From: Chloroflexota bacterium
Lineage (GTDB): Bacteria; Chloroflexota; Dehalococcoidia; DSGV01
Assembly (NCBI GenBank): GCA_021787985.1
Contig: JAJYLG010000006.1
Span: forward strand, 7,611-71,610
DNA length: 64,000 nucleotides
Direction: 5' to 3'
The first letter of the stretch is position 1, and every line of letters starts with the position of its first letter. The position numbers and the translations under genes are program-made. Shown one piece after another: positions 12,586-21,677 of this stretch. The notes under the pieces were generated by a model. That model was not told where the DNA came from, made no database searches, and saw nothing but the letters and a program-made list of their open reading frames with translations.

Positions 12586-13557
12586 GTGCTGCGCACGAGG
12601 TTCTGTGAGCTGCTGGGGATCGAGCACCCGATCGTCAGTGCACCGATGGGCGGCACTGCCAACGGCGAGCTGGCGGCGGCGGTTTCCGAGGCGGGAGGGC
12701 TCGGCATGATCGGCGGAACGTCGCCCGGCGGGCCCGAGTGGCTGCGGGCGCAGATCCGGGTTGCGCGGGAGCGGACCACCCGTCCGTTCGGCGTGGGCTT
12801 CATCACCTCGTTTCCCGATACCGGCGAGCTCGTGCGCGTGGCCCTGGAGGAGCGGGTGACGGTGGTTGCGCACTCGTTCGCCGACGCGGCGCCGTATGTT
12901 GGGGCTTCGCACGAGGCGGGAGCCAGGGTCGTCGTCCAGGTGCAGACGGTCGAGCAGGCCGTGCGCGCGGTACGGGCCGGCGCGGACGCCGTCGTCGCCC
13001 AGGGGAGCGAGGCCGGGGGACACACCGGCTACGCCGGCACCTTGTCCCTGCTGGCAGCCGTCCTCGACGCGGTCGCCGGAACGCCGGTGCTGGCCGCCGG
13101 GGGGATCGCGGACGGCAGAGGGCTGGCGGCGGTGCTGGTGCTCGGCGCCGACGGCGCGTGGATGGGAACGCGGTTCGTGGCGAGCCGCGAGTGGGCCGGC
13201 GGCAACTGGGCCAAGCAGCGGCTCGTGGAGGCGGGCACCGACGACACGGTGCAGACGCACGCGTACGACCAGACCATGGAATCGCCGTTCCCCGCGGGCA
13301 TCGGCGACCGCGTGCTGCGCAACGACTTCACGGCAGCCTGGGACGGCCGTGACGACGAGATCGTCCGCCGCCGCGGTGAGCTGCAGGCGCAGGTCCTCGC
13401 GGCGGTGAAGGCGGGCGACCCGCGCGTCGCGCCCGTCCGCGCCGGCGCCGCCGTTGGGCTCATCCGCGCGGTCGAGCCGGCGGGAGACGTGGTGCGCCGC
13501 GTCGTCGCCGAGGCGGAGCAGGTCCTGCGGGCGCGGCCCAGCCAGGTGCTGCGCTGA
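12586..13557 (+). CDS. Nitronate monooxygenase / FabK-like flavoprotein
   Basis: PIVSAPMGG, AQGSEAGGH, LAAGGIADGRG, MGTRF. Confidence 0.88.
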   Translation: MLRTRFCELLGIEHPIVSAPMGGTANGELAAAVSEAGGLGMIGGTSPGGPEWLRAQIRVARERTTRPFGVGFITSFPDTGELVRVALEERVTVVAHSFADAAPYVGASHEAGARVVVQVQTVEQAVRAVRAGADAVVAQGSEAGGHTGYAGTLSLLAAVLDAVAGTPVLAAGGIADGRGLAAVLVLGADGAWMGTRFVASREWAGGNWAKQRLVEAGTDDTVQTHAYDQTMESPFPAGIGDRVLRNDFTAAWDGRDDEIVRRRGELQAQVLAAVKAGDPRVAPVRAGAAVGLIRAVEPAGDVVRRVVAEAEQVLRARPSQVLR

Positions 13558-13688
13558 CTGGACGCCGAAGGAAACGGCGCCGCGCACCGGGTCTGTGCCT
13601 GCGGGCGCACGGCCTGAACGTCGATACAGCGGCGTGATGCGCCGGTGCTATGCTCGGCCGGATGACGTTGGAGGGAGGACTGTCGAGC

Positions 13689-14132
13689 ATGACTCGCGCG
13701 GACGCGACGGAGCGGATCCTCGCCGCCAGGAAAGCCAAGGGGCTGACATTCGAGGAGATCGCGCGTAGAGTCGGCCGGCACAAGGTTTGGGTGACCGCGG
13801 CCTTGCTGGGCCAGGCCAGCATGTCGGCCGACGAAGCCCAGACCGTGGTCGACCTGCTCGGGCTGGACCGAGAGGTCGCCGGGGCGCTCCAGGAGTGCCC
13901 GACGAAGGGCTCGCTGGAAGCGGCCGTGCCGGTGGACCCGTTGATCTACCGTCTGCACGAGATCACGCAGGTCTACGGCACGACGGTCAAGGCCATCATC
14001 CACGAGATGTTCGGCGATGGGATCATGAGCGCCATCGATTTCGAGATGGATATCCAGAAGCTCGAGGACCCGAAGGGCGACCGGGTGGTCATCACGTACA
14101 ACGGCAAGTTCTTGCCGTACCGGAAGTGGTAG
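13689..14132 (+). CDS. cynS: Cyanate hydratase (cyanase)
   Basis: DPLIYRLHE, FGDGIMSAIDF, GKFLPY; GGAGG RBS; extended -10 TGCTATGCT at 13646-13654. Confidence 0.95.
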   Translation: MTRADATERILAARKAKGLTFEEIARRVGRHKVWVTAALLGQASMSADEAQTVVDLLGLDREVAGALQECPTKGSLEAAVPVDPLIYRLHEITQVYGTTVKAIIHEMFGDGIMSAIDFEMDIQKLEDPKGDRVVITYNGKFLPYRKW

Positions 14133-14172
14133 GGACGACAGCCGAGGCGCCGGGCCGGCCCGCGGACGGCGC

Positions 14173-15099
14173 TCAGGGCGGCGCTTGGAGAGGCGAGCCG
14201 TCGAGGGCGAGCCAGCGGGTCACGGGCGGGCAGCCGCCGTTTGGCTCCTCCAGCAGCTCGCGCAACGCGGAGACCACGGCGCCGGGCGCCTCCTCTGGCA
14301 CGAAGTGCCCGCAGTTGGGCACGAAGCGGAAGCGCACGTCCGGGAAGAAGCGGTGCATGCCGTCGGTGAGCGAAGCCGGCAGCACCGGATCGTTCAACCC
14401 CCAGATGACCGACGTGCGTTGCATGATGACACGGCCGAAATCGCGCCGCAGCAACCGACGGTCCTCGCGCAAGAAGGCGCGGTAGTAGTTGATCGCCGCG
14501 CTCAGACGGCCGGGCTCGCGGAAGCCGCGGGCGTACTCCTCGATGACGCTGTCGGTGAAGATGCTGCGGTGGACGGCCGCGCCGCGCAGAGCGCGGGCGA
14601 GGAGGCCGGTGACATCGCGCAGCATGGCGCGCTCCGGCAGCCCAGGAAGCTGAAAGAAGAAGACGTACCACGAGCGACGGAGCTGTCCCGGGCCCAGCGC
14701 GTGCGGCATGTGCAGGTAGGGCATGTTGACGATCGCGAAGCGGTCGAGCAGCTCCGGGTAGTCGACCGCGAACTGGTAGGCGACGCCGCCGCCCCAGTCA
14801 TGGCCAACCACCGTGGCTTTCTCGTGGCCGAGCGCGCGCAACAGGCCGGCGACGTCGGCGGCGAGCCGGTCCTTGCTGTAGGCCGCGCGGCCGATCGGCG
14901 CGTCGGATGCGCCGTAGCCGCGCAGGTCCGGCGCGATACAGGTGTAATCGGACGCCAGCGCCTGCATCACGTTCCGCCAGCAGTACCACGACTGAGGGAA
15001 GCCGTGCAGGAAGACGATCGGCGGTCCCGAGCCGGCGATGGCGACGTGCAGCCGCACCTCGCCCACGTCAACCAGGTCGTCGCGGTACTCGAGAACCAT
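14173..15099 (-). CDS. Alpha/beta hydrolase, epoxide hydrolase family
   Basis: LHGFPQSWYCWR, GHDWGG, INYYRA, GHFVPEE. Confidence 0.88.
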   Translation of the reverse strand: MVLEYRDDLVDVGEVRLHVAIAGSGPPIVFLHGFPQSWYCWRNVMQALASDYTCIAPDLRGYGASDAPIGRAAYSKDRLAADVAGLLRALGHEKATVVGHDWGGGVAYQFAVDYPELLDRFAIVNMPYLHMPHALGPGQLRRSWYVFFFQLPGLPERAMLRDVTGLLARALRGAAVHRSIFTDSVIEEYARGFREPGRLSAAINYYRAFLREDRRLLRRDFGRVIMQRTSVIWGLNDPVLPASLTDGMHRFFPDVRFRFVPNCGHFVPEEAPGAVVSALRELLEEPNGGCPPVTRWLALDGSPLQAPP

Positions 15100-15181
15100 G
15101 TCCCCTCCTCGCGGGTCCACTGGCGCCAGTGTACGGGCGACGTGCGCCCAGCCGCAGCAGGTGCCACCATGGAAACGAGCG

Positions 15182-15805
15182 ATGGGTATGGTGTACTTGG
15201 TCCGTCACGGAAATGCGCGCAACCCGCGCAAGGTGGCCTACGGATTCCTGCGCGGGTTTCCCCTGTCGGAACGCGGCCGGCGTGAGGCCGAGGTGGCAGC
15301 GGAGTTTCTTGCCGATCGGCCCGTGTCGCGCTTGTACGCCAGCCCGCTGCAGCGCGCGCGCCAGACCGCCGCGATTATCGCGGCACGCCATCCGGGCGTT
15401 GCGGTGCGGCGCTCGCCCCTGCTGCGCGAGAGCGAGCAGTCGCGGCTGTGGCAGGGCCATCGCTGGGAGGAGATGCCGGCGCTCTACCCGGAGCGCTGGC
15501 GCCTGTATCAGGAGCGGCCCGGGGAGTTCAACGAGGGCGAGTCGTTGGCGCAGATCGCCGCGCGGCTGGCGCGCGCGGTGGTGCGGGCGGCGCGCGACTC
15601 GGGCGATCGGGCGGCGGTCTGCGTGAGCCACCGCGACCCGATCGTGGCGCTGCGGCTATGGGCGAGCGGAGGGACGTTCGACCTGCTGCACGAGCTGGAC
15701 TGCGCGACGGCCTCAGTCACGGCGTTCGAGCTGACCGGCGAGGGGCTATGCGAGCGCTGGTACTGGCGGCCGCGGCTGGACGAGCGGACGGCGCGGGAGC
15801 TGTAG
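15182..15805 (+). CDS. Histidine phosphatase family protein
   Basis: YLVRHG, SPLQRARQTA, VCVSH. Confidence 0.85.
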   Translation: MGMVYLVRHGNARNPRKVAYGFLRGFPLSERGRREAEVAAEFLADRPVSRLYASPLQRARQTAAIIAARHPGVAVRRSPLLRESEQSRLWQGHRWEEMPALYPERWRLYQERPGEFNEGESLAQIAARLARAVVRAARDSGDRAAVCVSHRDPIVALRLWASGGTFDLLHELDCATASVTAFELTGEGLCERWYWRPRLDERTAREL

Positions 15806-15860
15806 CGGCCGGAGCTGTACGGGATGTATGACGGGCGGGTGGGCGAACGGCCGCCGCGGG

Positions 15861-15905
15861 TTGACAGGGCCGGAAGCGGTGTTAGGCTGTTAGCAACCTA
15901 GCTAA
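15861..15905 (+). promoter_or_regulatory. Sigma70-type promoter with palindromic operator
   Basis: TTGACA-16nt-TAGGCT followed by TTAGC-N6-GCTAA (15890-15905). Confidence 0.6.
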
Positions 15906-15917
15906 AAGGCTACCGAC

Positions 15918-16994
15918 ATGGCTGTCCCGCTTCCCGTCGTTGCCCCCTATACCGTGCGCGTGGGGGCGCGCCCGCCGCTGGAGATGGTGGCGCTGCTCAA
16001 CCTCCTGGCGCGGCCCACGCCGGCCCGCCGGGCCACGCTGGAGCGCGTGCGCGCCGCCTTGCCGGGCGACCTGCTGGCCGATATCGAAGCGGTGTTCGGG
16101 CGTTGGCCGCAGTACCGCCACGGGCTCGAGCTGCCGCTGATCGTCCCGCTCGGTGCGGGCGTCGAGGAGTGGCTGGCAGCCGAACGGGTCGCCAGCGACC
16201 GCGACTTCTGGTGGCACGTGGTCGGGCGGGCGCTGCGGCCGGAGGACGTGGAGGTGGCCCTCGCCGCCCCGGGCAGGGCGTCCGAGCTGCTCGAGCAGCG
16301 GGCGCTGCTGCCTTGTTGTGACGACTGGATGTACTCGGCCTACGAGGCGATGCTGCGCGACCCGTTGGGCGAGCGGCGAGCCTTCGAGCGGCTGGCGGCG
16401 CGGTTCTGGGAGGAGTACTTCCGCAAGGAGGAGCGGTACCTGCGACCGCGGTGGGATGGAGCGGCGGCGGCGCTCGGCGAGCAGCGGGAGCGGATGGGCG
16501 ACGGGGAGTTCATCGCGTCGCTGCGCCAGGGTCGGCCGCTGCCGGAGAACTTCCCGGAGGGGTACGAGACGCGCGAGGTGGAGGTGGTGCCGGTGTGGTA
16601 TCACCCCGGGGGCGGAGCCGGGATGGTCTACGGGTGGGGCGCGGTGACGCTGCTGTACGACGCGTTCCACCAGGCGGCGTTCCACCAGACGCTGGGGATC
16701 GCGCCGGCGCAGTCGAACCGGGAGTCGCTGGCGCGTGCTTTCGCGGCGCTTTCGGACGAGAACCGATTGCAGATCCTCCGCCACGTGGCACAGTCGCCGG
16801 AGCTGAACGGGAGCTGGCTGGCACACAAGCTCGGGATCTCGCGTCCGGCAGTGTCGCGTCACATGGCGCTGCTGCGGCAGGCGGGCCTGGTGGAGGAGCG
16901 CCAGGAGGAGAACCGGGTGCTCTACAGCTTGCGGCTGGACGGGGTTCGAGAGCTGGGCACACAGCTCCTCGCGTACCTCGGAGTCGAGCTCTAG
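15918..16994 (+). CDS. ArsR/SmtB-family regulator with long N-terminal domain
   Basis: C-terminal wHTH: FAALSDENRLQIL..ISRPAVSRHMALLRQAGLV. Confidence 0.85.
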   Translation: MAVPLPVVAPYTVRVGARPPLEMVALLNLLARPTPARRATLERVRAALPGDLLADIEAVFGRWPQYRHGLELPLIVPLGAGVEEWLAAERVASDRDFWWHVVGRALRPEDVEVALAAPGRASELLEQRALLPCCDDWMYSAYEAMLRDPLGERRAFERLAARFWEEYFRKEERYLRPRWDGAAAALGEQRERMGDGEFIASLRQGRPLPENFPEGYETREVEVVPVWYHPGGGAGMVYGWGAVTLLYDAFHQAAFHQTLGIAPAQSNRESLARAFAALSDENRLQILRHVAQSPELNGSWLAHKLGISRPAVSRHMALLRQAGLVEERQEENRVLYSLRLDGVRELGTQLLAYLGVEL

Positions 16995-17022
16995 CGGGGG
17001 GCGTTCTTGCGCTATTTGATGG

Positions 17023-17036
17023 TAGCAAATGTGCTA
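17023..17036. promoter_or_regulatory. Second copy of the operator (TAGC-N6-GCTA)
   Basis: TAGCAAATGTGCTA versus TAGCAACCTAGCTA at 15891, in an AT-rich patch. Confidence 0.55.
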
Positions 17037-17371
17037 ATTAGCGATCCTCCCCCGGCGGCGGGCCGTTCCCACCGGGAGATCTCCACCCCGGGCGCTGCCC
17101 GGGATCCAGGACAGGGGGTGTGACCGTGGGCGACATCAACGCAATGAGGATGAGGATGAGGACGATGGTCGGTGAACGGCACGGAGGCGCGGTCCACGGG
17201 GTGGAGATCCAGTTCCGTAGCCAGAAGGTCGGCAGGTGACCATCTCCACGGTGACCGGCGCTGTGATCGCCGGGCAGGAGGGTTGCGCGGACGGAGCAAG
17301 CCGTCCACGTTGGGACGCCTTCGCGGCCGGACGGCCGGCAGAGGGCGGCTGCGAGCGAGGAGAGCTCAACC

Positions 17372-17584
17372 ATGATGAACTTACACGGCATGGAGGTGGC
17401 GGCGCGAGAGCACCGGGAGTCTCTAGTGCGCCAGGCCGCCCTGGCCCGGCTGGCGACCCGACCGGTCGGGTTGCGCCGGCGGACGGGCTTCCTGCTGGCG
17501 CGCTTCGCCGCTCGGGTCGGCGGGTTCGAGCTGGTCGTGAACGGCGACTATGACTATGCCCGGGACGACCGGCTCAGCGGTTGA
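17372..17584 (+). CDS. Small hypothetical protein
   Basis: GAGGAG RBS, GC3-biased codons, downstream of second operator. Confidence 0.55.
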   Translation: MMNLHGMEVAAREHRESLVRQAALARLATRPVGLRRRTGFLLARFAARVGGFELVVNGDYDYARDDRLSG

Positions 17585-17823
17585 CCGTGCGGGGCCAGCA
17601 GCGCGGACCGCCGTTCATCCACGGGACTGCCCCCCGGTCACGGACCGGGGGCAGTCCGTCTCTGGGAGCCGCAGGGCCGAAGGCCACTCTGTGGCCGGGG
17701 CGCGGCGGGAACCCGAATTCCCCCGTTCTCGGCCGTTCCGGGGCTGGAGGAGGCCGCGGCGACGGCCGATGATCCCGTTGGACGGGCGCGGCACCGGCGT
17801 GATCTATCCACGGAGGAGACGGA

Positions 17824-18717
17824 ATGGAGACGGAGCGGCCCGGCGGGTCAGGGCCTGACGCGACCGGCCTGCCGTCCTTCAACTCGTGGGAAGAGGCGGC
17901 TCTGGTCGTCACCGAGGGAATCCAGGAAGTGGCGGCCGCCATGCGGTTCGTGCAGACGACTCTGCGCGAGCTGAACTCCCTCGTGCCACAGATCCAGGAG
18001 GTGCGCGAGCAGCTCGTCAGCCTGGGCTGGGACGCGGAGACCGGGTTCAGCGCGCTGCTGGAGGGCCTCCAGCCCCTGGCGCTTAGCGGCGGTCCCGGGC
18101 AGGCGAACGGCGTTGCTCAGGACGGCGAAAACGGCGCGGACGAGCCGCCCGCCTGGAACGGCGCGGCGCGAGGGCGCGAGGACGGCGACGCGACCGCGCG
18201 CGTCGAGCCGGAGCCGCTCCACGAGCGACAGCCCGAGTCGAGGCCGGAGGCCCGCCCCCGCCGGTCCGCGGAGGCCGCCCCCTCTCCCGGAGAGGTCCGG
18301 GCGAGCGCTGCCGCCGCCTCGGAGTCCGAGGCGCCCGCGGCGGAAGCAACGCCGGAGAGCTCCACGGAACCGGAAGCGACTACGGCTGCCCTCGTGCCCA
18401 CCGAGGAGGCTGAGCCGCCCGCCGATGCGGGACCGCCCGGGCTTGCGAACGACGATGAGGCAGGCAGCCAGGTGCTGCGTCTCACGGTGGAACGCGGCGG
18501 CGCACGGATCGACCTGGCGGCGCTGCACCAGGCGATCTTCTCGCAGCCCGGCGTCGTGGACGCCAATCTGCTGCGCTACATCGACGGCGCGGCCACGATC
18601 GACGTGGTCGCGGACCTGCAGGCGGACCTGCGCGGCCTGGTGGAGGCGATCCGCCTCCAGTGTGGCGAGGACGTCCGCGTGACCGAGACTTCGCCAGACG
18701 ACCGGCGGGCAGCATGA
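17824..18717 (+). CDS. Hypothetical protein: helical N-terminus, acidic Pro/Ala linker, small C-terminal alpha/beta domain
   Basis: GGAGGAG RBS; plausible codon usage; composition. Confidence 0.65.
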   Translation: METERPGGSGPDATGLPSFNSWEEAALVVTEGIQEVAAAMRFVQTTLRELNSLVPQIQEVREQLVSLGWDAETGFSALLEGLQPLALSGGPGQANGVAQDGENGADEPPAWNGAARGREDGDATARVEPEPLHERQPESRPEARPRRSAEAAPSPGEVRASAAAASESEAPAAEATPESSTEPEATTAALVPTEEAEPPADAGPPGLANDDEAGSQVLRLTVERGGARIDLAALHQAIFSQPGVVDANLLRYIDGAATIDVVADLQADLRGLVEAIRLQCGEDVRVTETSPDDRRAA

Positions 18718-18738
18718 GGGTCGAGAGGTCCATCCACG

Positions 18739-19902
18739 ATGCGATTCTTCGGACGCAGACCGGAACCCGGCGAGGATTCGCCGACATCGTCGCTCGCGGT
18801 GCCGGACGCGATGGGCGCTGACGAGACTCGCTCGCTCGACGGCCTGCGCCCCCCGGACGAGCTGCAGCGCGTGCTTGCCCGCGTCCACCTGCCTCGCACG
18901 ATGGAGGAGGAGGTCCGATTCCTGATCGAGGACGGCGCTACCTCCCTCGGCGCCGTCTTCGGGCTGCCGCTGCTCATCGACCGAGGCCGCATGGTGCTCA
19001 GCACGCGCGTCGCCGGGCGCTGCGGCTCCGGGCTGCTGCAGGACGCCTCGAAGCTGTTCGGCACGGACCTGGGTGAGTTCGAGTTCCCACTGGATGAGGC
19101 GTCGCGCCGCATGGCGCTGCTGGACGGGCGCGAGGTGCGCAGCGCCGACCGCGTCGCGGCGTTCTGGGGCGACGTCGTCCCGCCGCCGGTCTGCGACGCG
19201 GCGCAGGAGGCGATGGACGTTCACCAGGTTTTCGCGCTGCCGCTCTTCACGGACGAAGATCTGTACGGCCTCTACTACATCTTCATGGGCAAAGAGCAGA
19301 TCCCTACCGAGGCGGTGGAGCTGTACGGCGTGCACGTCACGTTGGCCGTGCGCAACCTGGTCTCCGTGGAGGAGGCGCGCGCTCTCGGGGAGGTCGACCA
19401 GGTCACCTGGACGGCGAACCGGACACGCTTCCTCGAGCTGCTCGACGCGGAGACGCAGCGCGGCCTGCGCTACGAGACGCCCTTCGCCGTCGTGCTGGCG
19501 GTCTTCGAGGACCTGAAGCAGTTCGTCGATACCTATGGGCAGGCGATGGCCAACCGACTGCTGCGCTCGGCCGCGATGGCGGTGGGGCGGGCGGTGCGCG
19601 CTCCGGATGTGGTGGCGCGCTACGACCAGGACACGCTGGCGCTGCTGCTGCCGATGGCCGATCACAAGAGCGCGCAAGAGGTGGCCAACCGCGCCGCCAA
19701 TGTGCTCGGCAACATCCGGGTGACGATACGCGCGGTCACGGCCCAGCCGGTAACGGCGGTGACCGCCGTAGCCGCGTTCCCCGAGGACGGACGCAGCCGC
19801 GCGCAGCTCTTGGAGCGGGCGGAGGCGGCGCTCGCCGAGCGGCGGGGTAAGGCGGTTCGCGCGCCTGCCAGCGGGGACGAGCAGGGCCGCCGAGTCGCCT
19901 GA
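18739..19902 (+). CDS. GAF-like sensor plus degenerate GGDEF domain protein
   Basis: DQVTWTANR..F, LKQFVDTYG..N..L, RAPDVVARYDQDTLALLLP, AAFPEDG..LLERAEAAL. Confidence 0.8.
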   Translation: MRFFGRRPEPGEDSPTSSLAVPDAMGADETRSLDGLRPPDELQRVLARVHLPRTMEEEVRFLIEDGATSLGAVFGLPLLIDRGRMVLSTRVAGRCGSGLLQDASKLFGTDLGEFEFPLDEASRRMALLDGREVRSADRVAAFWGDVVPPPVCDAAQEAMDVHQVFALPLFTDEDLYGLYYIFMGKEQIPTEAVELYGVHVTLAVRNLVSVEEARALGEVDQVTWTANRTRFLELLDAETQRGLRYETPFAVVLAVFEDLKQFVDTYGQAMANRLLRSAAMAVGRAVRAPDVVARYDQDTLALLLPMADHKSAQEVANRAANVLGNIRVTIRAVTAQPVTAVTAVAAFPEDGRSRAQLLERAEAALAERRGKAVRAPASGDEQGRRVA

Positions 19903-19924
19903 GACCTATCTGCTGAGTCGCGCT

Positions 19925-20051
19925 CTCCCGTCATTCCCGCGCAGCCTGCCCCCGCGAAGCCGGCGGGCGGGAATCCAGCGGCGAGCGGATTGCTCTCCAC
20001 GCTGGATTCCGGCTCGCGCTCGCTCCGCTCGCTGGGCCGGAACGACGGGAG
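19925..20051. repeat. REP-like palindromic element
   Basis: GTCATTCCCGCG..GCGGGAATCCA..TGGATTCC..GGAACGAC; ends and internal arms (19970-19980 with 20000-20010) are complementary. Confidence 0.6.
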
Positions 20052-20145
20052 CGGCTGCCGCCAGTCCTGCGGGGCGCGGGAGCACTGCGGTTGCCTGGCA
20101 TACCGGCTGGTTGGAATCTTGTGTTACTGCGGCGTTTATGGACTC

Positions 20146-20174
20146 TTGACACATTCCTGAGACGGCAGTATGAT
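20146..20174 (+). promoter_or_regulatory. Near-consensus sigma70 promoter
   Basis: TTGACA-17nt-TATGAT. Confidence 0.75.
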
Positions 20175-20191
20175 TCCGATACCGTTTCGCC

Positions 20192-21004
20192 ATGGGCGAG
20201 CGACCGCCGCGTCCGGGACAACCGCGGGGACAGGCGCGGCACGTCGCGGGCCCCCGTCACGGGGCGAATGCGGCCGGCCAGGGCTGGAAGCGAGTCACTC
20301 CCCCGCGGTGCTCGGCTCGAGAGGCGTGTCCTGTCGTGCCGGGGAGAGCCATCAGGCGGGGTGATGGCGTGGGGTCGGGTCTCCGGGCGAGCGTCCCCCT
20401 GGTCGGGGAGTTCTACGACGTAGACGGCGGGGAAACTCCGCCACTGCTCTTCGTTGCGACCGACAACGTCGACGACGACTGCGTAGCGGTGATCCGGGAG
20501 CTGAAGGCCTCCAACGAGGAGGCCGCGGTTATCGTCTTGTACACCGGCGGCGACCCCGAGCAGGAGATATCGGTGCTCGACGCTGGAGCTGACGATTGTA
20601 TCCTGGTAGCTTTCGATTTCCGCCATCTGTCGGCGCGCTTACGCGCCGCGGTGGCCCGCTTTCGGCGGATCGACCATCCTCACCGGCTGGCGTGTCCCAT
20701 CGAGGTAGATCCGCTGACTCACCAGGTCCGGGTCGATGGACACGGCCTGACCTTGAGCCCGCTGGAGTTCCGCTTCCTGCTCGAGCTGCGACAGCAGCGC
20801 GGGAAGCTGGTGCCGTATGAGCGTCTCGAGCAGATCCTCTGGGGCGAAACCGACCGCGCCTCGCGCCAGTCGCTGAAGCAGTTGGCGCATCGTCTGCGCC
20901 TCCGACTCGGCAACGCCGCCCCCTCCGTCGTCTGCGTCCCGGGTGTTGGCTACATCCTGCAGGAGAGCCCCGTGCCATTGGTGACGAGCGTGTCACCGAA
21001 GTGA
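20192..21004 (+). CDS. Atypical OmpR-family response regulator (start uncertain; may be nearer 20369)
   Basis: LDAGADDCI..LSARLRA, winged helix LTLSPLEFRFL..ILWG..HRLRLRL..VPGVGY. Confidence 0.75.
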   Translation: MGERPPRPGQPRGQARHVAGPRHGANAAGQGWKRVTPPRCSAREACPVVPGRAIRRGDGVGSGLRASVPLVGEFYDVDGGETPPLLFVATDNVDDDCVAVIRELKASNEEAAVIVLYTGGDPEQEISVLDAGADDCILVAFDFRHLSARLRAAVARFRRIDHPHRLACPIEVDPLTHQVRVDGHGLTLSPLEFRFLLELRQQRGKLVPYERLEQILWGETDRASRQSLKQLAHRLRLRLGNAAPSVVCVPGVGYILQESPVPLVTSVSPK

Positions 21005-21098
21005 CCGGCCTGTCACCACTTCTTCACGCTTCTTTACTCACCTTTCTGCCGTAGCGTCACCATCGCGCCATTGAACCGTCAGCGCGCGCTGGCGCAGC

Positions 21099-21506
21099 GT
21101 GCTGATCGTGAAAGTCGTTCTGGTCGTGAATCCGGACGAAGCGGAGCGGGGCCGGATCGCCAGGGCGATCAGGGAGGCGGGGTACAACGTGCTGGAGGCC
21201 CGGGACGAGACGGAGGCCCTGGCGCAGATCCGTGGTGCGCCCCAGGCGCTGCTGGTCGTGGCCGAGGAGACGCCGCCCGGACCGCCACTCGAGGTGATCG
21301 TGACGCTGCGACAGGCCACGCGCGCGCCGCTGCTGTTCGTCGCGCGGCAGGGGGTGTCGGAGCTAGAGGCGCTCGCGCTGGGTGCGGACCACTACCAGCG
21401 CCGGCCGCTGCTGCCGGAGCTGCTGGTAACCCGCGTGCGCTCGCTCTCGCGCCGCTGGCGGGAGGGCGACGACCCGGACGGGAACCATCACCGGGAGAGG
21501 GGGTGA
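21099..21506 (+). CDS. Single-domain atypical receiver protein
   Basis: VLVVNPDE..AGYNVLEA..EAL..ALALGADHYQRRP; phosphoacceptor Asp not evident. Confidence 0.72.
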   Translation: MLIVKVVLVVNPDEAERGRIARAIREAGYNVLEARDETEALAQIRGAPQALLVVAEETPPGPPLEVIVTLRQATRAPLLFVARQGVSELEALALGADHYQRRPLLPELLVTRVRSLSRRWREGDDPDGNHHRERG

Positions 21507-21677
21507 TCACCATCGGCCAGCACAACCGCATAGCGAGGCCCTGACAGGGCAGTCTGTCAGGGCCCGGACAAAGGCGGGCCAGAGCCGCACCTTCGCCGCA
21601 ACCAGAGGATCGCATGCGGCAGGCTCGCCGGCAAGCAGCGGGGAGGACCCGCGAGCATACGGAAGGAGAACGACATC

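Noticed and set aside
20175-21677. c-di-GMP riboswitch in the leaders of the fibre locus
   Set aside because: Could not find class I or class II consensus elements by eye.
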